Shown here: piece by piece, positions 48,507 through 61,052 of the stretch | Position numbering within the stretch: the stretch's first letter is position 1 | Layout: every line of letters starts with the position of its first letter | Assembly: GCA_030704615.1 (NCBI GenBank) | Contig: CM060732.1 | Location: 9,362,001 to 9,426,000 of the forward strand | DNA: 64,000 nucleotides | Source of the DNA: Takakia lepidozioides | Taxonomy: Eukaryota > Plantae > Bryophyta | Direction of reading: 5' to 3' | Program-made: the position numbers and the translations under genes | Notes under the pieces: generated by a model | The model's database searches: none | The model's input: the letters and a program-made list of their open reading frames with translations, nothing else | Told to the model about the DNA's origin: nothing

Positions 48507-51500
48507 CTATCCTTCTATATAAAAAAGGGGACCCTACAGATCTCGGTAATTATCGTCCAATTGCCCTAGCCAACACCATATACAAACTCTTCACTAGCAC
48601 GTTAACCACGATGCTCTCAAGCTACGGGGAGCACCACTGCATTCTTAGCGACCCCCAAGAAGGCTTTCGCACCATTCGTAGTACCACTCGCCAAATACAA
48701 TATGTTTTATCAGCACTAGAAGACGCCAAACTCACTAAACAAGACATTTACCTCTTATACATAGACTTTAAAAATGCCTTTGGATCTCTAGACCATGCTC
48801 GCCTCCTCGCCATTATGACAGACCTGGGGTACGCAACGGATGCCATTCAACTTATTGGCAATATATATATTGGCAGTTCCACGGAATACTCTGGCTCATA
48901 CTACGGCTCCACCCCCCCTATTCCAATTCTACGCGGTACTATCCAAGGAGATACCTTCAGCCCATATCTCTTTATCATATTCTTAGAATCCCTCCTCAGA
49001 TGGTTTGATCGTGGCAAGCTTGGCTACCACTACAAAACCTCTGTTAATGAAATTTCTGCGGCGGCATACGCCAATGATCTGCCATCCTAGCCCACATCTC
49101 AATCGGCAAGTTGACAAATTATTTCGATTTAACCAATGGTCTGGCATGGAGCTAAGCCTCCACAAATGTGCTGTCACAGCAGCTACCCATTATAGTAAAT
49201 TCACAAGGGCCATGATCGCCTCACACTGCAAGCTCCACATCCACTACCAAAATAAAAACTTTCCATTTCTAGGCCCAGACGAACCCTACACCTATCTAGG
49301 GATACAACTTGTTCCCTCTCTGACATGACACTTACAAAAGACCACCACACTCTCTAAACTAACCGACAGAAGCATGGCCCTCCTCAAATCCCCCATCTCC
49401 ATCCGCCCTAAACTCTCCCTTATTCAATCTGTACTCAAACCACAAGTCCAATATTCTTTTCACGCAACACCCTTCTCCCTCCCAGATATCAAATTAATTG
49501 ACAAACACTTCATCCAACTCACCAAAAGAATTTGCAGTCTACCCACCAGCACTCCCAACGCCCTTACCCAACTCCCAATTGATAGCTACGGCATCGGTAC
49601 CATCCCACTAATTACCTCCTATCCCCGCACCCTAGGCACGCAACTACAAGAAGCACTCAATGACCCCGGCAGATTGGGGCTTATCTATAGGGGACTCCTT
49701 CAATTCCTTGCTACTAAGTACAATGGCCTATACTCCCTGCCAACCCTTCATCCCCAATCCTGCCGCCATTCTCCCACCGCTAGAACTCTATACATTCTAC
49801 GCCAAATGAACATTAGCATACAAACCGATCTCCCTGGCTATCCTAACACCATCTCACCCCTTGAAATCGCCTAGCTTAACAGTCCATATCTCCCCAAATT
49901 TGAGGTACTCCACCCTCGCCAAAAAATGCCCATACTCGCTTACTTTAAAACTAGACACATCACAACACTCACCCAACTCACTACCGCCTCTGGCTACAAA
50001 TTACTCTCACCCCGAGAATTCACTCTCAAATACTCCAGAGCCACCGTCAAAACATGTCGATATCTATCCTTACTGTGAACCCTTTTTTGCCACAGGACTC
50101 CTTCGTGGCCACGTGTAGTCAAATATATCACACTAGTAATATAAACCACCCATGTCATCATGGTCAACAATGTTTGACCAATGCTCCCTAACTTTCCAGA
50201 GTCATGTAGTGATATCCATTACTACAGAGTCATAAAATTATGACTGCAACGCATTTCAGCGCTCTGTAGTCATCTACCTAGTGCAGTTTTTATGACTCCA
50301 CCAAAGCCGCAGTCCTAAAAATGCTCATATCTTGCAGTGTTCGCACCTCTACTGCCCAACTACAACCCGATCAGTCTCAAGATCTTGGCAACGCTCTCAA
50401 CAATCTGCAACAACAAATTTCACAGTTGAAGGAGTCGAACAAGGGATCTTCAACCATACAAGTCCCTACTGCAACGGTTCCTCTTCAACAGATTACAAGA
50501 GAACCAAAGATCAATATGCCCGAGAAATTTGATGGGATGAGATCAAGATTTCGCGATTTTGTTCAACAAATACGATTATTCATACGACTACATCCACAAC
50601 GCTACCCCAATGAAGGTATTCATGTGGGATTCGCAGGCACCCTTCTATCAGACATTGTTATATTTTGGTTTGCACCGCTATTAGAAAAAAAAATTGCATT
50701 TACTATATAATTTTGAAGCGTTCATGTCCGAGTTCACTGGAACGTTTGGAGAGAATGATAGAGAGAGTGTTGCAGAGACAAAGATGCGAAATCTTCGACA
50801 AGAAGCATGTCCTGCTTCCGTTTATGCTGCCGAATTTCGACAACTTGCGTGCGACCTCGACTGGAATGAGAAGAGCCTCATTAGTCAGTTTCGATGTGGG
50901 CTAAAAGAGGATGTAAAAGATTTGTTGCTGACAATGCAAAACATGAGTACACTAAGCGAATTCATCACCCAAGTCATTGTATGCGATAATCGTTTGTTCG
51001 AAAGACGTCAATAAAAGCGATCTAGATGGTCGACGACGCATCATGCCGCTACTACTACGACACCAAACACAACGATCCATCAGACATCCGATAGTGATCA
51101 TACGCAGATTGATGCTGTCCGATTCAAGCCATTGACGCCACAAAAAAAACAAAGATGACGCTCGAATGGATTATGTCTTTATTGCGGAGAAGAAGATCAC
51201 ATAGCATTAAATTGCCCCAACAAGAGAAGATTCAAAGCTCGGGGTGCAACTCAAGTGTTCAATACAAGGAGGTCGGAAAACGAAGATGTTCAATCACAGT
51301 AGGGACCATGCGGTTGGACACCACAAATTCCTCACCCAAAAAAGGTCTATTTTTACCTCCAGACCCTACACCTTGCTTCACAGTTCCGGTAAAATCAGAG
51401 TGCAAAATCGAGATATCTCTGTTGAAACACTTTTGGACTCAGGGGCTTCAGCATGTTTCATTGACAAAACCCCGTTGAAGTCATTGATGGACGTCCGTTA

Positions 51501-53790
51501 ACATCAGGAAATGTTGACCATAAAACTCGACCACTTGAAGTGAAGCTTAAAGATCAAGCATCGCATATTGTTTTCAACGTCATCCAGTCTCCAACGAATC
51601 CTGTGATCCTTGGACTTCCGTGGTTCGTACTTCACAATTCTGACATCGACTGGCGATCGCGAAAATTTTTTGCAAGACAAAAATGTAGAAACATCAAAGG
51701 TATTTAACCCCTGTACCAAAAAAGATGCGGCATTTGCACTTTATGCGATTTCGATCAAGACCACAACAGACAAAGGTACTTCAACATTACCCACTCAATA
51801 TCAAGATTTCAATGATGTCTTCGAGAAGAAAAATGCAGACATATTGCCAGAACATCAACCTTCTAATTGTGTAATTGAGTTACAAGAATGAGCCCAACCA
51901 CCATTCGGTCCAATCTATAAGTTATCCTAGACGGAGTTGACTGCATTACGTGGATACATTGATGAAAATTTGTCGAAGCATTTCATCCGACATTCAAAAT
52001 CACCTTCAGGGGCGTCTATCTTGTTTGTGAAAAAGAAGAACGGATCATTACGCATGTGTGTAGACTATCACGGTCTCAACAAAGTTACAATTAAGAATCG
52101 TTGTCCGTTGCCGCTGATTTCTGGGTTTCTCGACCATCTGGGATGAGCGAAGATTTTCACCAAAATTGACTTGAGATGAGCTTATAACCGTGTACGGATA
52201 CAAGAAGGAGACGAATGGAAAACAGCTTTTTGAACAAGGTATGGACATTTTGAATACAGTGTTATGCCTTTCGGTCTTACAAATGTTCCAGCAATTTTTC
52301 AACATATGATGAATGACATCTTTCGAGAATTTTTAGATGACTTTGTAGTCATTTATTTGGATGACATTTTGATATTTTCACAGAATGAAGAAGAACATGG
52401 CCGCCATATACGCCTTGTCCTTGATAAATTAAGAAAAAAATGACTATATATCAAGTTGGAAAAATGTCTTTTCCATCGATCTGAAGTTGAATTTCTGGGC
52501 TACATTATTTCCGACAAAAGCGTCTTTATGGATCAGAAGAAAATACAAACCATCATTGAGTGGATTAAACCAACTTCGGTCCGAGATGTACAATGTTTTC
52601 TGGAATTTGTAAATTTCTATAGAATCTTCATCAATGACTACTCCAAAATTGCTGCACCATTGACACGACTCACAATGAAGGACAAATTTATATGGGACGA
52701 GAATGCTGACCAGATATTTGAAAGGCTGAAGTAGGCATTTACACCGGCTCCAATACTGGTACATGCAGACCCATCTAAACCATTCTCTTGAGTGCGACCT
52801 ACCATGTAAACTCTTCCCCCACAACAAACTAGACCTCCTCCTGCAATATAGAACTCACCCAGCCCCATCTATCCTCAGTATGATGACGGCGCATAAAGCT
52901 CACCCTGACCCTCCAAATGCTAACACCCCTCCCATTTCGCCATGTCACTCTATGTCTTCCTCCCCATTGCCCAGTTCGATCTTGGCCATACCATTTGACT
53001 CGACCACCTCCCACACCTCTATCCAAACCCCCTCTACCCCGCTTACCCCGACCAGCCCATCCTCCCCCTGAATCCCGCCACATATTGACCCTGACAATCC
53101 GGAAGCCTTTATTATCGAAGCTATTTTAGGGATCAGAACTCAGACCACCACCGACAAATTTGGCGCCACATGCCTTGACACTTTCTACCTATGCAAATGG
53201 GCTGGATACCCATCGGAAGATAATACTAGGCAAACAGAGGACGACCTCTTTGGATCCCATGATGCCTATGTCCCGACCCACAACCTTGACTTCCTCACCA
53301 CATTCCATAAGTCCACTAACACCAACTACCTAGCCCATATCCACCAACAGCACACCTCCCAAACCCAACACATGGACGCCCGTTACGTCCATAAACCCCT
53401 CGTCGCCCCCGATGTGCATGTCTGCATCACAGAATGCAATCCTGACAAAGACATCTTACACACCTCCCCTATAATTTGCTCTGGCAAGCGTCTGTCCAAA
53501 TTATATGCCTCTCATGGCCGCTACATTGGGCTCATTCCAAACGACAGACTCACTTGGTTATGGCACAAATTCTCCACCTCTAACCCGTCACCTAACCAGC
53601 TCACGCCCGCTAGACAAGACTTTGCTACAGAAGTCTGCTGGCTAATGGACCGCTACTTGGCTGACACCCCCTCCAAAAAACCTCGCTCCCTCCTCAAGTT
53701 ATCACAAGCCCATTCCCATACTACCCTCCCATCAGACATACTAGCACTCCTTTACGCATTCTTATTACTCCAGCGCTCTTACATGCCCTA
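48507..53790 (+). mobile_element. Non-LTR retrotransposon (LINE), RT plus downstream chromodomain; split by an insertion at about 50105-52784; possibly Dualen/RandI-like
   Basis: YKKGDPTDLGNYRPIAL, PQEGFR, YIDFKNAFGS, RGTIQGDTFSPYLF..LLRW, AYANDL, YTYLGI. The reading resumes at SLECDLPC (about 52785); chromodomain FIIEAILG..YLCKWAGYPSEDNT at about 53105-53250. Confidence 0.85.
50321..52784 (+). mobile_element. Degenerate Ty3/Gypsy gag-protease-RT fragment (chromovirus/Tcn1-like) nested in the LINE
   Basis: EPKINMPEKFDG gag; LLDSGASACF protease; [15 protein letters not shown] and [10 protein letters not shown]; many stops. Confidence 0.85.
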
Positions 53791-55424
53791 TGGCGCTTAG
53801 AGTGAGCGACGTCAGCAACCTGCCGCCTCTGGTCCTTGGCAAGTAGACTTTGAAGCTGGAGAGCAACTCTCTAGGAAAGGAGATTGAAGTACTTCTGTTT
53901 CAGTAGACATATAATGTACATGTTGTCGCCGAGTAGAGCCTGCAGATGAGAAGATGCATAGCCCGCAGCGTCTAAGTTCTTCATCATTATAGCTTGGTTG
54001 GTGTATGCAGTGTGGGGAGGTCTTGTTTGGGCCTTGATAAAAAAGCAGTCATCACGACTGAGCAACAACCTTGTCGCAGAGGGCATGCTTGCCTGGGTAA
54101 AGATTAATGTCATGTACCCATAGATTGTACAAGTGGGAGTAGCTGCCACCTTTATGCCGTAGCGGGTGCGAATGAGGCACTATGCGCCATGGCTGGGGCC
54201 ACCACTGAGTGTCCCTGTTGTAGCGTTGTTTCCTTGTCGGTGTCTTTGTACTGAACCTCGTGTGTGCGGAGAGCTTTGGTGGGCCAGTATACGTGGAGCC
54301 CGCATTAGAGTAGTAGAGCCAGTGGTTGGGGGCACTCGAGAGAGTGTCTTCGCGCTCCGATCTTGAAGCAGAGTGGCAGGTGTTGAGGAGGAACGCGTTG
54401 TGCCTTGGTGTGAAATTTTCACGGAATCCTGTAAAATGATACTTAACAGCAGCGTCGTGAACAAGCCATAGATGGCATACCAATGTCTAGCCTGTGAATG
54501 ATGTCTGCGCTGCGCAGGGAAGAGGAGCTTGGGCATGGCGGCAAGCATAGCTAAAAACAGAGAGGGCTAAAATGACGGGAAGGCTAAAAGAGAATACATG
54601 AAGAGACAGGAGAGCGGGAAAATCTGGCGGAACTCTAGAAGATAGTCATGGCTAAAATCCTGACTAATGATCATGGAGGGAACGAGGAGGGGGGCGGAGC
54701 GCCGCTCCACCCGCAATATCGCTCCAACATCTTGTAAAACCCCAAGTGTCTAGTGTCATCTAAGCCCGAGTGCAATCTCCTATGTATCCAAGTACGTCTC
54801 CGATGTCAAGGCCCAATTTATTTTTTTCCATGAATTTATTGAGTATCCCGTCGAGGCTCCAATGATTATCATCTAAGTCCAAATGCATTTTTCTTCCACA
54901 AAGCCTACAACCAGATTTGAACCGAAGACCTTTCCCTTGATATCTCTCCTATCGAGGCTTCAATCATTGTCCCAGGAAAGACATTTTGTTTATTTTTTTG
55001 GAATTTCCAGCGACAACAAGTACTTGGAATTCCACATCTCCCACACCTGATGTGATTTGTGCATTAGAGCATCACTACACTTACACATTGTGAATACTAA
55101 GATACTAGAAAAAGACAGGATGTAATTCTCTTAGGTTGGTTCCACAAACGGTAAAAATAGATAATACTCTTGCTAATGAAAAATATCAAATGGAGATGAA
55201 TTATTACACCAATAAAAACAACCTCAGTTTCATACCCCTACAATACAAAATGCAAAGATAAAAGTATCATTTTTGTGCCACATTGTGATTCCGATTTAGA
55301 GTAAAGTTGATTTTGGAACCATGATCTGTTCAATAATATCATCTACAATGATCTGGACACTTGTATGTTTTTCAAAGTCTGTCACAGGTGCACAAACCAC
55401 TTAAACATTTTCATGTATCACCAC

Positions 55425-55870
55425 AGAAGTGGTACAAATCACTGAGGTGTCTTTAACCACTCGCTATCTACCACTGTCTTAGTGGTAACCATCACTGAGG
55501 TGTCTTTAATCACTCGCGATCTACCACTGTCCAGGTGGTACCAATCACTTAGGTATCTTTATCCACTCACAATCTACGCGCACCGTCTCCGTCCACGTGG
55601 AATATTGTATTTATTAACTAAAATATTTTACCAAATGATAAATCTTAAGTAAGAATTATAATATTACACGTGGAGTAGTAAGTAATTAAAACCACTTCCA
55701 ATCACTGAGGTGTCTTTAACCACTCACGATCTACCACTGTCCTTGTCCACGTGGAATATTATATTTACTAGCTAAAATATATTATCAAATGATAAATCCT
55801 CAATAAAACTTATAATATTACACGTGGAGTAGTAAGTGGTTCAAACCACTTCCATCCACTCCATCTGATG
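55425..55870. repeat. Compound tandem repeat: ~53-bp AATCACTGAGGTGTCTTTAACCACTC units and two 155-bp units
   Basis: GTCCACGTGGAATATT at 55591 and 55746; short units near 55437, 55490, 55543 and 55700. Confidence 0.8.
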
Positions 55871-56512
55871 CCACCGTGGCATTTCATATGGATTAACTAC
55901 TTGCCAGTGGTTAGCATTACTGTGAGTGGTTTATAGAGTGGTAAAAGACAATAGTGGTCAAATGAGCTAGTGGTTATTCCGCGTTTTCCTTCTACCGGAG
56001 TGTGTGGAGTGTCTCTGGGTGAGGGTGTGTGCCTGCTTCACAAGCACAAATACATCACCTCCCACTGTGTAGTCCACTGGGAGAAGTATCTCAGTGCCTC
56101 TTCGGATAAGTAGACTCTTTTCCTTCTCTCATGCCTGTTTTTACAAGAGCTATGCAGGAAAAAAAAAACAGAAGAGATGGTTGGGCTAAGTGATTGGAAG
56201 CTCATGTAGTGGAGGAGAGAGAATGGAGAACCGTTGGTGAGAGAAATAAGACTGAACGAGGAGAGTCGTCCGGGGATGCCAAGCAAAAGGGCCCGACGGC
56301 CTTCCCTGATCCTGCAGTGGATATTGAGGAATTGTGCGAAGCCATGGGGGTGATTTCAAATTCCCCCCCACTCATGAAGATTTTGATTAACTAGACCAGT
56401 GCCCCAAGCACTGTGGTCACGAAGGGTGACTCTGGAGAGCGCATGCATAAGCAGCAGTACCCATAATACAACTTAAGGAACGATTTTGAGTCATTTTTGG
56501 AGTTTTTTGAGA

Positions 56513-56827
56513 TCAGCGTAGACATGAACTCTGTTCCTTAAAAAAAAAAGGTTTTGTTTGAAACAGCTGAAGGAAAGCTTGCAGGGCACAGAGCATGAAG
56601 GTATGGTTGGCACAGAATGGAACAGGTAAGTGCGTGTAAGCCTGTGGGGCTTGCAAGTATCGAGTGAGAGAAAATGTACTCTCAATTCGTCCGTCCTTGC
56701 GCCACTGCGTGAGAAGTAAAGCAAGTGTGTAATCCGTTACATCTGCCATAGCTACAAAGCTAGTGCTTTGATTGCCCCTTCCGTCGAGACACTGGCTATT
56801 CGGAGCCACCCCGACTTTTCCGCTCAT
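56513..56827 (-). pseudogene. Start of the extra 3' ORF (homolog of 43827-44048), truncated
   Basis: TDYTLALLLTQWRKDGRIESTFSLTRYLQAPQAY versus TDYTLAILLTQWHGDRRTESIFSLNRCLQAPQAY. Confidence 0.8.
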
Positions 56828-56992
56828 AACACTTCCTATTTCTTATTCTTGTTTCTTGGAGGGAACCACCTGCATGTAATTCGCACTCCTGATTGGCTGT
56901 TGCCTGCTTAGGTAACTTCTTAATTCCACCCCCCTCCGTGGACATTCCCACCTGGAATGTCCAGTAGGACAGCACATGTGGCATAGGTCCCT

Positions 56993-59900
56993 CTATTCTG
57001 TACTCGGAAAAGGTTCCGTTACCCTTACTCTGAATGCATTAATGGGCCCACAAATAGTCTTAGCTGATGTACCGGGTAGGTACTTTGACGGCCTGATTTG
57101 TCCTCTTTGATGAGTCCCACTTTTGCAATCGATGCAGTGCGGTGTGCTTCGCCTTAGTGGCCACGTGTCCGTTTCTAGACATGCCCCCAACTTCCCCTCT
57201 CCGAGTGGCATATTCTCCGAGTTTGACTTCCAAACTTCTTCTTTACTTGACGGCCACTTTTCTGACGTTAACCCGCATCCACCTGTCACTGACCCAATGG
57301 ACTGTGTAACCCGCATGGGCTGTGTTGGGCTGTGACAGACTATGTCTAACTGTGGTGAACTGTGATAGGCTGTGTGACACTGTGATGGGCTGTGATAGGC
57401 TGTGTCACACTGTGTTGGGTTGTGATAGGCTCTGTGGCACAGTGATGGGCTGTGATAGGCTGTGTCACGCCTGTACTTCCCGCCCTGGTCATACACGCTC
57501 GGCTTGGCGACAAGTGCTCCATACTCCGTTGGTATCACTGGCGCAACCTGTGATTGTTTTTGTGTTTCAACATGCAAATCGTGCTGCAATGGTTTGTCAT
57601 GGATACCACTGTACCCCTTCAACTTATTGGCATTGACTCTTCCCAGCATTTCTTTGTTAATGGTTTGTAACATGGCGGTGTTATTATCATACATCTTCTG
57701 TATGACATAAGGTCCTTTCCATGGTGATTTAAGCTTAGAAGCTTTAATCTTCCCCTTCTTCTGTAACCACAGTACCAAATCTCCCGTCTTAAAAGTCTTT
57801 AATTTACCTTCATCAAACTGATCCTTCCTCTTCATCTGAATTCTGGTCATGTTATCAGCTGCATCAGCACGTACTTCTTCCACATGGTATAATTCATGTT
57901 TCTTGACCTTAATTGAATCTTCCAATTCCATTCTCCTTCCCCATTCAGTTCTCATGGTAGGTAACAAGAATTCCACTGGAAGTAAAGCTTCCATACCATA
58001 AACTAATTGGAATGGTGTATACTTAGTGGTGACTTTATATGAAGTCTTGTATGACCACAAAGCTGTCAGCAGCTTTGTATCCCAATCTGTTCTGTTTGCA
58101 TTGACTATCTTAGCCAAGATAGTACATAGTATTTTGTTGGTAGCCTCTGCCTGCCCATTACCCTGTGGGTAATATGTTGTACTATTCCTATGCACAATCA
58201 TGAACTCTTTAGTCAATAGTTCAATGGTCTCATTAATGAAGTGAGTTCCCTGGTCACTGATAAATTCTAGGGGACAGCCAAATCGTGTAAGTATGTTCTC
58301 ATACAGGAACCTTGTTGTGGACTTAGCTGTGTTGTCCCTCAGAGCTTTAGCTTCCACCCACTTTGTAGTATAATCAATGGCTGTGATTATATACTTGTTC
58401 TGTGTATTCTTGGCTGGTGGGTTAATTGGTCCAACAAAGTCTAGTCCCCATTTTTGAAATGGTTCAGTAGGCATCGTAGGATGCAAAGCCATCTTCCCAG
58501 ATCTTTGCAATGGTCCTAGCCTCTGACACTCATCACAACTCTGACAATACTTGTGTACATCCTTGAACAAAGTAGGCCACCAGTAACCTGCAAGTAGTAT
58601 CTTTCTACTGGTAGTCTCTTTTCCAAAATGACCTCCAGCCACTCCTTTATTAACTTCCTCCAAAACTTTATTTACTTCATGGTGGTACAAGCATCGTTGA
58701 AGTACTCCATCAGGTCCTAGCTTATACATTCTGCCCCCTACCATAGTATAAGGTAAAGCCTTGATAGCGATTCTCTTCCTCTGCTCCTTTCCATAACTAG
58801 GTGGGCACTGACCATGAGTAAGGTAGTATCTGATTGGCCACTGCCAATCTAACTAGTCATCTGCATTTCCTTGCACCTCCACTGCAAATAAACTCGCATC
58901 AGGTAATTGGTCGTCTACTCCTATGGCGGGCTCTCCTGTTGATAGGCGTGACAAGTGATCTGCCACAAGATACAAACGGCTAGGCTTGTAAACAACTTCG
59001 AACTCAAACTCGTGCAAGATTATTAACCACCTTGCTATCCTTCCACTTATCAAAGGTTTGTTCACCAGATATATCAGAGCCTGATGATCCACATAAAACA
59101 TAAACTTCCTTCCCAATAGGTAATGCCTGAATTTCTTGACTGCATAAATCATTGCCAGTGCTTCTCTTTCAGTTGTGCTATTGTTCCTTTCAGCACTGTT
59201 CATCAACCTGCTAGTATAGTACACAGGTGAATCTATATTTCCTGTAACATTTTGGGCTAACACTGCTCCCAACGCTTCTCCTGAGGCATCACGGTAAACA
59301 TGAAATACTACATGCTAGTGAGGGTTAATCAGCACAGGTGTAGTTGTTACTGACAATGTAAGTTCCTCAAAAGCCTGTTGATATTCAGCTGTCCATGCAA
59401 ACACTGCATCTTTCTTCAGAAGCTTGCTCAATGGTGCTGCTATCTATGCATACCGTCTGACAAATCTTCTGTAATAACTGGTTTGTCCAAGGAATCTTCT
59501 TAGACTCTTAACATTTACTGGTGGTGGAGAGGCTTTAATGGCCTCTGTCTTTCTGGGATCCATAAGAAGTCCCCTCTTACACACAATGTGTCCCAAAAGC
59601 ACCCCTGAGTTCACACAGAAAGTACACTTCTCTGGATTCAGGCCCAGACCTCTCATCTTGTATCTGGCCGAACATAACTCCAATTTATGCAAGTGCTCAT
59701 TCTTAGAGCTGTACACACTGAAATCATCCAAGAACACCTACATGAAATCATCCAGATACTCATGAAAAGATTCACTTATCACTCTCTGAAAGGTTGCCGG
59801 TGCATTACAAAGTCCAAAAGGCATGACTTTGTATGCATAAGCACCCCAGTCTGTGATGAAAGCTGTCTTTCCCTGGTCTTCTTCTGCCACTTGCACTTGA

Positions 59901-60960
59901 TTATAACCACTGAAGCCATCCATGAATGAGTACATCTCATGGTCTGCCGCAGTGTCCAATACCGCTTCTGTGAATGGCAAAGGGAAAGGATCTTTCTTCG
60001 TGCAAACATTCAACTTCTTATAGTTCACACAAACTCTCAGTTTACCATTCTTCTTAGGAACTATCACAATGGGTGACAACCAAGTTGTATACTCTATCGG
60101 GTATATAAACTTAGCCTCAGCCAACTTCTTGATCTCTTCTCCAACCTTCTGTGCATAGTTGGGATTCATTCTGTACCTTGCCTATTTGATTGGTACTGAC
60201 CCTGGTTCCAGTTCAATCTTATGCCGACAGATCTCAGGTGGTATCCCTTTTAGATCCTCATAGCTCCAAGCAAATACATCTCTGTATTTGATGAACAAAC
60301 TTTTAGCTTCCTCAAAGAATTCTGGCTCCAAATCAGCCCCTACCTTCACCATCCTCGGTTCCTCTTCAGTTCCCACATTCACTTCTCTCACCTGCTCATC
60401 AGCTGTGATTGTCCAACCAGTCACCACTTCATCCTGTAAGCTCACAGTGGCTGGTTCCTCTAGGATTTCCATTTCTCCCTCTCTTTCTTCATAGAAATGT
60501 GGTGGGTAACTGCTTGTTTCACCCTCAATTGGTGTTGTTGTCACTACACCTCAGCAGATACCTTTTAAACAACTTAGGCCTTCCAATTGCAACTCTGCAA
60601 CCTGCTCCCACTCTGGGTGTGTAGCGAATAGGGTAGCTTCCTGCTCCTCAACAAGTCCTCCCTTCCAGTCCTACTCCCTGACCCCTCGAGGTCTTCTCGT
60701 AGCAGGTAGTCTACTAGATTTCTTAGTGGTGATTTGGATCTTGTGCATAAAGATCATCTTTTGAATCTGTATCTTAACTCCTCTTATTAATCCCAATGGC
60801 TGTACACTTATTTGATCTGCCATTGTTACTGTTTATGGGGTTGGCTTCATGTTACTTAGACCAAGCTTCTGCCTTAATTGGTCTGTCATGATATTCACTC
60901 CAGAACCTCCATCTATCAGCACATCAGTAGTTTTGTGCTTCCAATTCTCAATTGGATTAC
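56993..60960 (-). pseudogene. pol (protease, RT, RNase H, integrase) with in-frame stops and frameshifts
   Basis: LIDGGSGVNI; WLSPIVIVPKKNGKLRVC, MDGFSGYNQ, FLDDF; EREALAM..VDHQAL; GHFG..CDECQR, WGLDFVGP, SDQGTHF, GNGQAE, WKGPY. Confidence 0.9.
57320..57470. repeat. 30-bp (3 x 10-bp) tandem repeat after the integrase
   Basis: GCTGTGATAGGCTGTGTGACACTGTGATGG units; translated as repeated TAYHSPSQC. Confidence 0.85.
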
Positions 60961-61052
60961 TGGCATAGAATCATCAAAGTCCATGACTGTTTCTCGCCCT
61001 TCCGGCTTCACATTATAACTGGTCACCTTGTTGTTCAGGTCTGTGTTCCGTG

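Noticed and set aside
50131-50140. CACTA transposon terminus
   Set aside because: An isolated CACTA pentamer with no matching TAGTG end or 3-bp TSD.
53800-54560. Minus-strand ORFs of 92-143 aa
   Set aside because: No recognisable motif and overlapping frames; probably decayed TE sequence.
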